A stretch of 64,000 nucleotides of DNA from assembly GCA_963815095.1 (NCBI GenBank), contig CAWFFH010000003.1:256001-320000 (forward strand). Reading direction: 5' to 3'. This document shows positions 30,611 to 41,540 of the stretch, piece by piece. The translations under genes were made by a program, and so were the position numbers. Positions within the stretch are counted from its first letter, which is position 1; each line of letters opens with the position of its first letter. This DNA is from Candidatus Bathyarchaeota archaeon (lineage in GTDB: Archaea; Thermoproteota; Bathyarchaeia; Bathyarchaeales; Bathycorpusculaceae). Below the pieces are notes generated by a model. That model was not told where the DNA came from. It ran no database searches and was given only the letters and a program-made list of their open reading frames with translations.

Positions 30611-30710
30611 TTAGCGCTGAAAATCCCAATAATTATTCACCTAGAAGTATTTAGTTTCCCTCTATCATTTTGGATAACTTAGAAAAAAGTTGTCCGAACC
30701 GTAATTTTCT

Positions 30711-31426
30711 CTATATCCATCCTCTGCGTTTGAAAATCAATGCAAGAGTTGAAGCTACAGCAGCCATTATTGCAATCATAATATAGAAGCCATAGGGATT
30801 TGTGACTTCAGGAATTTGCCCTGGCCTGAAGTTTGTTCCATATATTCCAGCAATCAAAGTTAAATGAAGAAAAATGGCTGAAATTATTGTTAAAACTCTG
30901 ATTATGTTGTTTGTGTTTATTGTTTGAACGTTAACAAGGATGTCACGGATGTTGCTCATTTCTTCTCGGTGAGAATCAACGACATCTACTAACTGGATTG
31001 TTCGGTCCTGGTTACCAAATCCATGAAAATATACAACATAATATCAGTTGAATGGACAAAGGACAGAGAAAAATAACGTGCGCACCAATTTTTTGTAGAC
31101 GGAACATGTCAAAATCGGATAAGCCTTTATGAACAGTGATTAGCCATTTTGAGCAAACAAGCATCGCAATTCGCTCCATTTTGGCATCAGAAATAAAGCC
31201 GTCTCCATGCGGAAAATAAAGAAGACAAAACATGCAGCCTTCATGTTCATCTATTCTTGAAAGTTCCCCTTCTTCACGCAGTTCTTGAAGGTCATGTTCG
31301 TCTAAGTTAAAATAATTTTTTAGCTCATTCATTTCGTCATCGGTTGGATCTTAGGCATCAAACCATAGAACTTGTTCTTTGCTTATTTCTTCAGGGAGAA
31401 CCAAGTTTTCTGATTGCCATCGTCAT
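30711..31426 (-). pseudogene. corA: Decayed CorA-family Mg/Co transporter
   Basis: LTIIS.IF..LT.IAGIYGTNF tail; N-terminal WFDA*DPTDDEM with in-frame stop; frameshifts and internal loss. Confidence 0.8.
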
Positions 31427-31643
31427 TCTTCATGTTGCTTGAGCAAAGTAATTGTTAGCAGATGCTATCCCAATTACTAAACAAGAATTCTCCTTTGTAA
31501 ACCTAACCATTATCTTCGTAAAAAAGGTCTGTTTCTTGCCCAAGAACCATCCAACGGCAATCAAATTGACTATGAAAGCATTTTTATTAGAATGTAGAAG
31601 GATATTTGGGTAACCTGATTTCACAACAAGGCGACTGCTAACA

Positions 31644-32507
31644 TTGGAAGAGATTATTGTAACCCAAAACTTAACAAAAAAATACAAAAATGTTTGTGCA
31701 ATAGAAAATTTGAATCTCAGTGTAAAATATGGTGAAATTTTTGGTTTTCTAGGTCCCAACGGTGCAGGCAAGACTACAACCATCCGCACTCTTACAACAT
31801 TAACCAAACCTTCTTCTGGTTCTATTTGGATTTCGGACTTTGATGTAGAAAAAGAACCTGCCAAAGTCAAAAAATTAATTGGCGTAGTACAGCAGCACCT
31901 AACTTTTGATTTAGATTTGAACTTGAGAGAAAATTTGGAGCTACATGCACGATTGCATCATATTCCTATAAGAGAAGGCAAACAACGTATTGCTGAACTG
32001 CTTGAATTTGTTGGATTAACCAAACAAAGTGAAAAGATGGTTGAAGAATTGTCGGGGGGCATGAAAAAAGCCGCGATGATTGCTCGCGCTTTAATACATA
32101 AGCCAAAGGTGCTTTTTCTTGATGAACCCACTGTGGGTTTGGATGTTCAAGTACGACGCAAAATGTGGGATTTGATTCGCAGTTTAAGCCAAAGTGGAAC
32201 CACAATTTTTTTGACTACTCATTACATAGAGGAGGCAGAAGCATTATGTCACAGGGTTGGCATCGTCCACCAAGGGCGTTTGATTGCATTGGGAAAACCC
32301 TCTGATCTTCGACAAACAGTTGGTATGGTAACAGTTGAAGTTATAGTTGAAGGATCCTCTACCAGTTATGAACATTTTCCTGACCGTGAAGCTGCAACAA
32401 AATATGTCGAACGCGTTTCTTCTGATGCCAAAACTGTCATAATTCGTGATTCAAGCCTTGAAGATGTGTTTGTTGCCCTAACCGGAAAGAAAGTAGGTGA
32501 AAACTAA
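31644..32507 (+). CDS. ABC-2 exporter ATP-binding subunit (DrrA/NodI-like)
   Basis: GPNGAGKTT, LSGGM, LFLDEPT, TTHY. Confidence 0.95.
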   Translation: MEEIIVTQNLTKKYKNVCAIENLNLSVKYGEIFGFLGPNGAGKTTTIRTLTTLTKPSSGSIWISDFDVEKEPAKVKKLIGVVQQHLTFDLDLNLRENLELHARLHHIPIREGKQRIAELLEFVGLTKQSEKMVEELSGGMKKAAMIARALIHKPKVLFLDEPTVGLDVQVRRKMWDLIRSLSQSGTTIFLTTHYIEEAEALCHRVGIVHQGRLIALGKPSDLRQTVGMVTVEVIVEGSSTSYEHFPDREAATKYVERVSSDAKTVIIRDSSLEDVFVALTGKKVGEN

Positions 32508-33257
32508 ATGTTGCAGACTCTCCAAGACATCTATGCTGTTGTTTGGGTTGATTTGCGTTTTCTAAGTCGGAACTTGGGCAAAACAATGGCTCTAACTCTG
32601 GTTGCACCAATTTTGTATCTTTTGGCTTTTGGTTATGGTTTGGGAAGAGGGGCCAGCATTGAAGGCTTTAGTTATCTTGAATTTGTTATTCCTGGAATTT
32701 TAGCGCTTACAGCTATGACTACGGCATTTAACACTTCTGGCTTGAAGTTGCATGTGGATCGCTTATTCTACAAGTGCTTCGATGAGACTTTGATGTCACC
32801 TGTAAGTGCGTTCTCAATAATCATAGGCAAAACCCTAATTGGGGTATTACGTGGATTGCTGAGTTCAGCTGCTTTGCTTTTGGCATGTCTTGCATTTTCA
32901 CCCTTGCCCGCAGTTAGTCTACTATTTCCAATAAGTCTTGTTGTGACCTGTTTTGTGTTCTCATTTTTAGGCGTCATAGTTGCCTTGCTAGCAAAAACTC
33001 ATCAAGATATGACGCTGTTTATGAGTTTAGTTATTTTGCCCATGTCTTTTCTAAGCGGCACCTTCTTTTCACTAAACCAAGTTCCTGAGGCCTTAAACAT
33101 AATTCTCTCCCTATCGCCACTCACACATGCATGTCTATGTCTGCGAGCATCCGCGCTTGGACAACCTTTTCCTTGGGTTTCGTTGCTCATTCTGTCAATT
33201 TTTGGAGTTGCATTCTTTATGCTTTGCTTTGTCGCTCTTAAAAGAACCAATAAATGA
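32508..33257 (+). CDS. ABC-2 exporter permease
   Basis: YLEFVIPGIL, LPMSFLSGTFF, SPLTH. Confidence 0.93.
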   Translation: MLQTLQDIYAVVWVDLRFLSRNLGKTMALTLVAPILYLLAFGYGLGRGASIEGFSYLEFVIPGILALTAMTTAFNTSGLKLHVDRLFYKCFDETLMSPVSAFSIIIGKTLIGVLRGLLSSAALLLACLAFSPLPAVSLLFPISLVVTCFVFSFLGVIVALLAKTHQDMTLFMSLVILPMSFLSGTFFSLNQVPEALNIILSLSPLTHACLCLRASALGQPFPWVSLLILSIFGVAFFMLCFVALKRTNK

Positions 33258-33541
33258 AAAATCAAACTTCGACAAATTTAGCGTGGAAAAAATCCGTCTG
33301 TTTTGACCATGTGGCAAGGGAATAAAGTTTATAATAAGAATACTAGTCAACCACCCAACTTACAACTTATATGGCCTTTTTTCGCGCCTTTAGCTTCAAG
33401 CGAATAGAACTTGAAATTTTCACCATAATTATCAAAAGAGATCCTAATATAATTCTTAATTAGGCTAGAAAATTTTGGGATTATTATTACGCAAGTTGAG
33501 AAAGAAGTATTGACACAGCTGGTTAGTTCTAAGTCACACAA

Positions 33542-34444
33542 TTATTGAATGTTGGGTTCAATTTGTAAAGTTGTATGCTCTATTGAGAATTTATCCGCCA
33601 GTAACCTGTTTATTCTATCGATAATTTCCTTAAGATTCTCATTGGATAAATCTGCCTTCATATGAGCCGTTAACGAATACATTCCCGAAGTTATTTCCCA
33701 AATATGCATGTCATTTATTGAGACTATTTCAGGTATACTTTCCTTGATTGATGCTGACACTATCTCGATATTGATACCTTTTGGGGCTGTCTCCATTAGA
33801 ACATTAATTGAGTCTCTCAACAGTCCATACGCCCAAACAAAGATTAGAATTGAAATTCCAATACCTAATAAGGGGTCAATAAAATACCAACCAGTATAAG
33901 TAACAATGATTGCACCGATTATGATTACAACAGAAGATGCGGTGTCGGCAAACATGTGAAGGAACGCTCCTCGGACATTAAGGTCGTTTCTCATACTGTT
34001 TCTAAGAATCAATATACTTAGTCCATTTGCAGCTAAGCCTGCTAAAGCAACCAAGAACATTTCAAAGCCTAAAACTGGTTGTGGATTTAGTAAACGAACT
34101 ATCCCTTCGTAGAAAATATAGGCTGTGACTGCAAATAGGAATATGCTGTTAAACAGTGCAGCTAAGATTTCTGCTCTGTAATATCCATATGTGCGGTGAT
34201 GGCAGGGCTCTTTGCAAGCTATTATGATTGCCGTAAAACTAATCGCCAAAGCAAACAAATGAGTAAACATGTGACTAGCATCGCTTGCCAACGCCAAGCT
34301 ACCTGTTAACATGCTTCCAATGACTTCGATGACCATTACAGATGCGGTTATGAGCATCGACAAAATAAGGCGGTTTTTTGTTGCCCCTTTATACTCATGT
34401 ATATCCGACAGTTTGTCGAGTTGGGGTCGATGTTCATGTTTCAT
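33542..34444 (-). CDS. Cation diffusion facilitator (CzcD-like)
   Basis: SLALASDASHM, TYGYYRAEILAA, NVRGAFLHM.AD, DMHIW, HTTLQIE. Confidence 0.93.
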   Translation of the reverse strand: MKHEHRPQLDKLSDIHEYKGATKNRLILSMLITASVMVIEVIGSMLTGSLALASDASHMFTHLFALAISFTAIIIACKEPCHHRTYGYYRAEILAALFNSIFLFAVTAYIFYEGIVRLLNPQPVLGFEMFLVALAGLAANGLSILILRNSMRNDLNVRGAFLHMFADTASSVVIIIGAIIVTYTGWYFIDPLLGIGISILIFVWAYGLLRDSINVLMETAPKGINIEIVSASIKESIPEIVSINDMHIWEITSGMYSLTAHMKADLSNENLKEIIDRINRLLADKFSIEHTTLQIEPNIQ

Positions 34445-34784
34445 TCAATAACCTTTTTACAAACAGAACTGTTCACCTTTTAACCATAACGCTCACTGAA
34501 TTTCTTTTGTATGTTTATGAAAGAGCAAATTTAGATCGCTGCGACACTTATTGAGCAAACTTCAGTGGCTCCATCTTGACCGTGTTCGTTAACATGCTTA
34601 GCAAAAAAATGCAAGTTAGTATCGAAAATCCTGATAATTATCTGCTATTCTATCAATATTATTTTGAATTATTCTGTAATTTTAGGGGTTGCACGTTGGG
34701 GTTACAAAACCTTTGGATTTTCTGAGAATTAGATATTTTGTGTTTATAACAAAAAAAGAGAAAGGGAGTTTTGGTTGTGTTTTT

Positions 34785-37673
34785 TTAGTGCTTTCTAAGC
34801 ATCAATAATGTTGCAATGGCTATTGCGATAATTATTGCGACGGCTGCGATGACTATGTAGGTCATTAGGTCGGTTGTGGTTGCTAGGTTTCCTTGCGGTG
34901 CAGTTGTAGGTGCTGCTGTTGGGGCTGTTGTCACGGTCATTGCTGTTTCGGATGCTGATCCATAGTAGCTGTTGGTGCTTGCGAACGATACTGTAATTGT
35001 GTAGTCGCCTGGAACGTTTGGAGGCGTCCAAGTGTAGTGGTAGAGGCCTTGTGCGTCGGTTGTGGCTATGCCGATTTGGATCAAGTTGCCGTTCGGGTCA
35101 ACTGCTGTGAGTGACACGGTTACCCCAGTGAAGTCGGTTGGGCATGGTTTTTGCATGTAGATGTATTCCATCCATGCGCTTTCGCTTGCGTCGGATGCTA
35201 CTGGTACACCGTATGGAAAGTTAGCGGCTTGCTGGTTCTGCTTTGTGCCTGAAGAAATGTCCAAAACTGTGCCTTGCAATACTACTTTCTGCCCTACATT
35301 AATGGCGATTTGGGGTGCTGAGACAGTGGTAGCGCTGGGTCCTTGGCCGAAAGCATAGATTTGGTTGTCATACATGTTGTAATTAACATATTCGCCGTCT
35401 GCTACAGCGCCATGTGGGTATCCTGCGCCTCCATTATTTTCACCTTGGAATAGTGTAGTCCAGATCTGTTGGCCTGTTGTGGCGTTAAGAACCCATATTC
35501 TTTCGCCTTTGTAGTATGGTGATTGCGCTCCGTTGCCGTGTTGTTGACTGTAAACATAGACTTTTCCGTCTGCAATTGCAGAAATCATTGTGGGTAGAAG
35601 ACCCCAAGGAGAGTTAATTCCGTCATCTGTGCTGTTGCCTACGCCGCCATTACCGAATTGCCATAATAGGTTTCCTGTAGTCGTGCTGTAAGCCCAGATT
35701 TCTCCGCCGTAACCTTGAACGTAGATGTTTCCGTAAGCGCCAACAGCGCATTGTCCGATGCCGAGTCCGCTGCCGAAGTATTGGTATCCGTTTGTTATCG
35801 AATTTGTTGTTGGTCCCCAAAGCAAGGTGCCTGTATCTAAACTGTAGCCGAGCCATTGGAAAGTTTCTCCAATCTGCATTGTGAAAACACGTGTTGTGCC
35901 ATCTACAGGTCCGATTCTCTGCGTAAAGCTTCCAAGATCGTTGTTGCCACTCATCAAGTTTGGCGCAGTGTAGTCAGTCGCCCATAGTATCTGTCCAACA
36001 TTGCCGCGGCTTGCGTTGAGGTTAATTGCCCACATCGAGAACGGGTTTGGAGTGTACTGAGGTCCAACTGAAAGGGTTAATCCGCTACTTGTTCCCAGCA
36101 TAATATCACCTGGGAAAACTGCCAGAATTGTTGGTCCCCCCAAGGAAACTCCTGTCGTGGCGGTGGAATTGATAACAAGCCCATTTAAGTTGCCGTTTAT
36201 GGTCACGTTCCAGCTGTATGGATTGTAGTAAAATGCTGAAGTAGATGGAGTAGCAACGCTTCCGTCGATTGATCTGCCTACGGGTCTGTATGGACCTGAT
36301 GGGGCTGCATTGTTAAAGACTACTGCTGTTGAGTTCCAGAGAGCTAGCCATCCAGTTTTGGTGGCTGTGTTGTAGTTAAGGACATATCTTAGAAGTTCGC
36401 CGCTTGGGCCATAGGCGGGCATTACAGTCTGTTCTTGTAGCAGTCCGCCGCCTGGACCGTACTGGTTCCAGTTTTGGGGAACATTTGTAATGTTGAAAAC
36501 CCAGTTTCCAGTGAAGCCATCATAAGCTATCCATGTAACATTTGACATCGTAACGCCAGGAGCAATTGTGACTGCTTGGGGTAGGGTCCAGGCTTGCCAG
36601 AGGTATCCGCTTGGGATAATGCCGGATTGGTTAGGATCGACTTCATTGAATAGTTGTCCCCATGTTGGGCAATATGTTGGGTCTGTTTTTGTCCAGATGG
36701 TTTGTCCAGTGCGCAGATCAACGCAGACATAAGCTCCACCATAAGCTACCCCATTAACTATAGTGTATTGACGGGAGGTGCTAGTGCCAGAGCCTCCTAA
36801 ATCACTTAGGGGCATTTTGTAGTAGAGATATCCACCCATTATTATTGGTTCGCCGAATACTGGCTCGTATGAACTACCTGAATAGAATGTTGCTCCAGGA
36901 ACTGCTGTGTTGCTTCCTCCAACGACTCCACCAAACTCCAGGGGTTTTGTCCACATTATGTGGCCGCTGTTAGGCGCTGTGCCGTCCGGTTGCCAAAGAT
37001 TATAACCACTCTGTTGGAAAGACCCAAATTGCGATGAATAATAACCCGAACCTAGCCAATTTGATGCGATACTGTACCAGTTTGTGTTCTGGCCTTCTAT
37101 AGGACGAGTCCAGTACTCAGTTGGAAGTGGATAGTTGATGGTTTGCAATGGTTGTTGTTGTACTGTGAATGTTTCAATTGCTTGATCAGACAAGTAAACG
37201 TCGCCGGCAAGAGCGTTGATTGAAGTGTTAGTTGCAGCTGTAAGTGGAACAGTGGAAGTTACTTGGGATAGGGTTGGGTATGTCATTCCTTGGAAGACAA
37301 ATGTTGCAGTGTAATTACCTTCCTGCGTAGGAGTGTATGTAGTGAATTGTTCTCCTCCAGTGTTATCGACAACGGCAAAGGTTTGGGTGGTGTTTGTCCC
37401 GTCGGGCGCCGTGATGGTCAGTACGTAGTTTTCTTTTCTGATGTTGTTAGTGATTACTGAGTTAGGTAGTGGCTGAGCGGTCCATATTAGAATGTTCAAT
37501 GTTTGGCCCACTCCAATTGGGTTGGGCGCGATTGCGATGTAACAGTGATCTTGGATAGTCCATGGTGGTGAATGTGCTTTAGTTATAGGTACTATTGTGG
37601 TTGAAGCTGCTATTGATAGGATGAATAATAAAACAATTGTCATTGCTGCTATTTTGTTTTTTAGTTCTTTCAT
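34785..37673 (-). CDS. Large secreted PQQ-like beta-propeller repeat protein with Ig domains and C-terminal TM anchor
   Basis: Signal peptide; CVDLRTG..IW, YS..TG.LLW, ADGKVY, LNATTG..IW repeats; TM plus RKH. Confidence 0.85.
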   Translation of the reverse strand: MKELKNKIAAMTIVLLFILSIAASTTIVPITKAHSPPWTIQDHCYIAIAPNPIGVGQTLNILIWTAQPLPNSVITNNIRKENYVLTITAPDGTNTTQTFAVVDNTGGEQFTTYTPTQEGNYTATFVFQGMTYPTLSQVTSTVPLTAATNTSINALAGDVYLSDQAIETFTVQQQPLQTINYPLPTEYWTRPIEGQNTNWYSIASNWLGSGYYSSQFGSFQQSGYNLWQPDGTAPNSGHIMWTKPLEFGGVVGGSNTAVPGATFYSGSSYEPVFGEPIIMGGYLYYKMPLSDLGGSGTSTSRQYTIVNGVAYGGAYVCVDLRTGQTIWTKTDPTYCPTWGQLFNEVDPNQSGIIPSGYLWQAWTLPQAVTIAPGVTMSNVTWIAYDGFTGNWVFNITNVPQNWNQYGPGGGLLQEQTVMPAYGPSGELLRYVLNYNTATKTGWLALWNSTAVVFNNAAPSGPYRPVGRSIDGSVATPSTSAFYYNPYSWNVTINGNLNGLVINSTATTGVSLGGPTILAVFPGDIMLGTSSGLTLSVGPQYTPNPFSMWAINLNASRGNVGQILWATDYTAPNLMSGNNDLGSFTQRIGPVDGTTRVFTMQIGETFQWLGYSLDTGTLLWGPTTNSITNGYQYFGSGLGIGQCAVGAYGNIYVQGYGGEIWAYSTTTGNLLWQFGNGGVGNSTDDGINSPWGLLPTMISAIADGKVYVYSQQHGNGAQSPYYKGERIWVLNATTGQQIWTTLFQGENNGGAGYPHGAVADGEYVNYNMYDNQIYAFGQGPSATTVSAPQIAINVGQKVVLQGTVLDISSGTKQNQQAANFPYGVPVASDASESAWMEYIYMQKPCPTDFTGVTVSLTAVDPNGNLIQIGIATTDAQGLYHYTWTPPNVPGDYTITVSFASTNSYYGSASETAMTVTTAPTAAPTTAPQGNLATTTDLMTYIVIAAVAIIIAIAIATLLMLRKH

Positions 37674-37895
37674 TTTTTTCTTCCTAAAAATTTTATTGAA
37701 CGAAAAGCCTAAGGCTTCTAGTTCAAGCATTTTTATTTATTTTTATAGCTTATAAGATGTAGTTGGTGGCTAAGCACAATCACATAACTAATAGGAACCG
37801 CCCGATAGAATGCATAAACCTGTGAAACCGCGTCAATAGTCATATAATAGATGAAGTTACTTTTGAGTTTCTAATGGGACCCAAATAGGTTTGCA

Positions 37896-38189
37896 TTAGC
37901 CCCCACCGACAGGCGGAAGAACCGCTAAAACAGCCCCATCATTAAGCTCAGTTTCTAATCCATTGAGTGTTGAGATGCTTGTGCCGTTTATGAGGAACTG
38001 GAGAAAACCCTTCGGCTGCCCTGTTTCGCCGTTGTAAACATATTCTATGAAGGGTTTACCGTATTTGCTGGAAAGCGTTTTAAGAACCAAATCAACCGAA
38101 ACCCTCTCTCCATAATTAAACGTTAGGGTTTCTTCGCGGTTACCAACAATTTCTCGTAGAGTAGTAAAAAAGCGGACAACAACTTTCAC
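37896..38189 (-). CDS. Ubiquitin-like SAMP/MoaD protein
   Basis: VRFF..LRE..G, NG, GL.TEL.DG..LA.LPPVGGG C-terminus. Confidence 0.93.
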   Translation of the reverse strand: MKVVVRFFTTLREIVGNREETLTFNYGERVSVDLVLKTLSSKYGKPFIEYVYNGETGQPKGFLQFLINGTSISTLNGLETELNDGAVLAVLPPVGGG

Positions 38190-38307
38190 AGCTTCGCACC
38201 GAGGTAGTATAACAAAAGTGTGGAAATTAACCCTTACGTCCCTTTCGATAAGTTACAGGAGAATAATTTAACAACTAAGAAGACAATAAACAGGTTGAGG
38301 TTTTACA

Positions 38308-39078
38308 ATGAAGTTGAGTTTGTCTAATGGGATTTTTTGCAAGCTGCGTTTAGATGAAAACTTTAATGCCGTTAAACAGCTCGGGTTCGAAGACATTGAG
38401 TTTAACATGAAATCCATCAAAAAGGAACACGACACCGATGTTTATCGTGAACAAAAAGCATTAGCTAAATCAGGGTTGAATTGTTTAACGCTTCACTCGG
38501 CGGTTCTGCATGTAAAAGACCCTATTGAGGTTCATCAGGCCGTTTATTATGGAAAAATCTCCCTCGAATGCGCCCGTGCGCTACATACCTCCCTTGTAAC
38601 TGTTCATTCGAATGTTTCAAAAAAGCTGCCCAGAGACGTCAGGGAGAAGTGTCTGAGAGAGGTTTTTGGAGAAATCAAACCCTTCGCCAAACAGTTGGGT
38701 ATAAAATTGTCTTTAGAAAACCTGTCGTATACTTCCACAGGATTTGGCAAAAACGTGGAACAGCTTAACGAAATCCTCAGTGTCATAGACCCAGAAAGTG
38801 AGATGGGGATAACTTTTGATTTGTGCCATGCCCTTGAAACCAAAGAAGTAGATAATTTGCTTGAGGCTTATGGCAGACGCGTCTGCAACGTTCACATGGC
38901 CAACAAATCCCATAAACCCTTCACAGAAGAAACCCCAGAGTTAATAGAGTTCCTAACTAAGCTGAATTCATACGATTACAAAGGACCAATAACATTGGAA
39001 CTTGAACACAAAACACCTAAAGAAGAAATTGCAAAATCCAAAGCCTTTTTTGAAAAGATTCTAAAGAAATTTAAATAA
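38308..39078 (+). CDS. Sugar phosphate isomerase/epimerase-type TIM-barrel protein
   Basis: LGF..IE, LSLENL, ITFDLCHA, NVH, Y.G.ITLE. Confidence 0.85.
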   Translation: MKLSLSNGIFCKLRLDENFNAVKQLGFEDIEFNMKSIKKEHDTDVYREQKALAKSGLNCLTLHSAVLHVKDPIEVHQAVYYGKISLECARALHTSLVTVHSNVSKKLPRDVREKCLREVFGEIKPFAKQLGIKLSLENLSYTSTGFGKNVEQLNEILSVIDPESEMGITFDLCHALETKEVDNLLEAYGRRVCNVHMANKSHKPFTEETPELIEFLTKLNSYDYKGPITLELEHKTPKEEIAKSKAFFEKILKKFK

Positions 39079-39172
39079 ACTTTCTGCTTTAGCACCATTT
39101 GTTTTACTATTCCTAGTGATGAATTTACGAAAGAATTTTGGGCACATTTTTAAATCACTAATCAAATAATGG

Positions 39173-41539
39173 TTGGTGTTATTTCGTAGTGGAGAGCCAA
39201 AAAACCAAATGGTTTCTAAAGACGCGGATTTCGGCGCCGTTGATAAGCAAAACGTACGTCCAACCCCAAATGTAACGATGTCGAAAGAGACAGTTTACTT
39301 GAGAAATGCCGTCGTAATCTTTGCTGGCGGAGTAAGTTTAGCGGTGCTGTACCTTTTAAGTCGCCAAAACTACCTGTTCTTTCACAGCATTGTAGAAATC
39401 TTTAGCATTGTTATAGCTTTTGCCATTTTTGCAATATCTTGGAACAGTAGACGCTTAATCGATAATAATTTTTTTGTTTTCATCGGCATCGCTTTCCTCT
39501 TTGTAGCTGGATTAGACGTGTTTCATACTTTAGCCTATAAGGGAATGGGGGTTTTTCCAAGTTTTGTGGGTCCTAATTTGGCAACTCAACTTTGGATTGC
39601 AACAAGATATGTGCTCGGTTTCTCATTCTTAATTCCCATAGTATTCATCCAACGTAAAATTAAACCAATTTTAATTGTTGCGGGTTATGCTGTAGTCTCT
39701 GCTTTGATTATTGCTTCAATTTTTAGTTGGCAAAATTTCCCAGTGGCTTACAATAACAGTACTCTTAGTTTAACAGTTTTTAAAGTAGGCAGCGAATATG
39801 CTATCTCAATAGTAATTCTTGCTGCTATAGCTGTTTTGATTATTAAACGTAGAGAATTCAGTTCAAATGTCTTCAAGCTTCTGTTAACTGCCATGGCTCT
39901 GGCAATTTCCACTGAAATGGCCTTCACCCTCTACACCGATGTTTATGGCATTGCAAACATGGTGGGACACCTACTTAACGTTGTCTCCTTCTACCTAATT
40001 TACAGGGCATTAATCGAAACAGGTCTCACCAAACCCTACGAGCTACTTTTCCGCAACCTAAAACAAAGCGAAACAACATTGGCAAACCGAGCAAATGAAC
40101 TAACAAAAGTCAACATACAATTGGAGAAAGAGATTGCTGAACGACAAATCACCGAAGAGGCACTGCGAGAAAGCGAAGACCGTCTCAAATTAAAATTGGA
40201 TTCTGTTCTTTCTCCAGATGTTGAATTAGATCAATCAGACATAACCAACATAATAGACGTAACTAGAGTTCAAGCAACTATGGACCGCCTTTACTCAGTA
40301 ACAGGGATGGGTTTCGCGTTAATTGACCTCAAAGGAAAAGTGCTCGTTGGCACAGGTTGGCAAGACATATGCACCAAATTCCATCGCGTAAACCCCACGA
40401 CCTGCAAGAACTGCGTGGAAAGCGATGTACAACTTACAAGCGGACTTGAAAACGGCGAAATCCGTCTTTATAAATGCAAAAACTACATGTGGGATGTAGC
40501 GACTCCTCTATTCATTGGCGAAAACCATGTAGCTAACGTATTCTTTGGTCAATTCTTCTTTGATAACGAAAAAATCGACCGAACCCTGTTTGCTTCGCAA
40601 GCTGAAAAATATGGGTTTGACAAGCAAGAATATCTTGGAGCTTTTGATCGGATTCCAAGGTTTAGCCGAGAAAAAATTCAAGACCTTATGATTTTCTATT
40701 CTAGATTATCAGAGCTGATTTCGAAAATGAGCTACTCTAACCTTAAACTCGCAAAGACTCTCTGCAACCAAAAAGAGCTTCAGGGAAAACTGGAAGAAAA
40801 AGCTATTGAAGTTGAAGAATACGCTTCCCAGATGGAAGAGTTAGCGGATGAGAGGGCAAAAAAACTCAAGGATGCTGAGCGGATGGCGGCGATAGGACAT
40901 ACTGCAGGTATGGTTGGGCATGATATTCGCAATCCCTTGCAGGCGATAACTAGTGAACTGTACCTTGAAAAACTTGAGATTGACTCTCTTGCTGACGGTG
41001 AAGTCAAAGAAAACCTTCTGGAAAGCATCCGTGGTATTGAAGAAAACTTGGTTTACATTAACAAGATTGTAGCTGACTTGCAGGATTATGCTAGACCGCT
41101 AAACCCCAAGAAAGAGGATGTTGATGCTGAAAAAGCCATCAAGGATGCTTCTTCTATGGTGATTATACCTGGCAATGTGGAATTATCAATAAATGTTGAA
41201 AATCAGCTTCCGCACCTCTTAACTGACTCTACAATGTTTAAGCGAATGCTAGTAAACCTGATTCAAAACGCAGTTCAAGCCATGCCTTATGGCGGAAACC
41301 TAACTATAGTCGCCTACAGCAAAAAACAAAATGTTACAATTGACATAAAAGACACGGGCGAAGGCATACCTCAAGAAGTCCGCGATAAATTGTACTCACC
41401 ATTAGTTACTACGAAATCCAAGGGACAAGGCTTCGGATTAGCAGTAGTTAAACGCATGGCAGAAGCCATAAACTGCACCATAACCTTCGATAGCGAACAG
41501 GGAAAAGGCACAAAATTCACCTTACAATTTCAAACCTAA
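39173..41539 (+). CDS. Sensor histidine kinase with MASE3 and PocR domains
   Basis: FHSIVEIFS...FHTLAYKGMG (MASE3); GWQDICTKFHR...C.ESD...YKC (PocR); HDIRNPL, NA.QAM, DTG.GI, G.G.GL. Confidence 0.9.
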   Translation: MVLFRSGEPKNQMVSKDADFGAVDKQNVRPTPNVTMSKETVYLRNAVVIFAGGVSLAVLYLLSRQNYLFFHSIVEIFSIVIAFAIFAISWNSRRLIDNNFFVFIGIAFLFVAGLDVFHTLAYKGMGVFPSFVGPNLATQLWIATRYVLGFSFLIPIVFIQRKIKPILIVAGYAVVSALIIASIFSWQNFPVAYNNSTLSLTVFKVGSEYAISIVILAAIAVLIIKRREFSSNVFKLLLTAMALAISTEMAFTLYTDVYGIANMVGHLLNVVSFYLIYRALIETGLTKPYELLFRNLKQSETTLANRANELTKVNIQLEKEIAERQITEEALRESEDRLKLKLDSVLSPDVELDQSDITNIIDVTRVQATMDRLYSVTGMGFALIDLKGKVLVGTGWQDICTKFHRVNPTTCKNCVESDVQLTSGLENGEIRLYKCKNYMWDVATPLFIGENHVANVFFGQFFFDNEKIDRTLFASQAEKYGFDKQEYLGAFDRIPRFSREKIQDLMIFYSRLSELISKMSYSNLKLAKTLCNQKELQGKLEEKAIEVEEYASQMEELADERAKKLKDAERMAAIGHTAGMVGHDIRNPLQAITSELYLEKLEIDSLADGEVKENLLESIRGIEENLVYINKIVADLQDYARPLNPKKEDVDAEKAIKDASSMVIIPGNVELSINVENQLPHLLTDSTMFKRMLVNLIQNAVQAMPYGGNLTIVAYSKKQNVTIDIKDTGEGIPQEVRDKLYSPLVTTKSKGQGFGLAVVKRMAEAINCTITFDSEQGKGTKFTLQFQT

Positions 41540-41540
41540 A

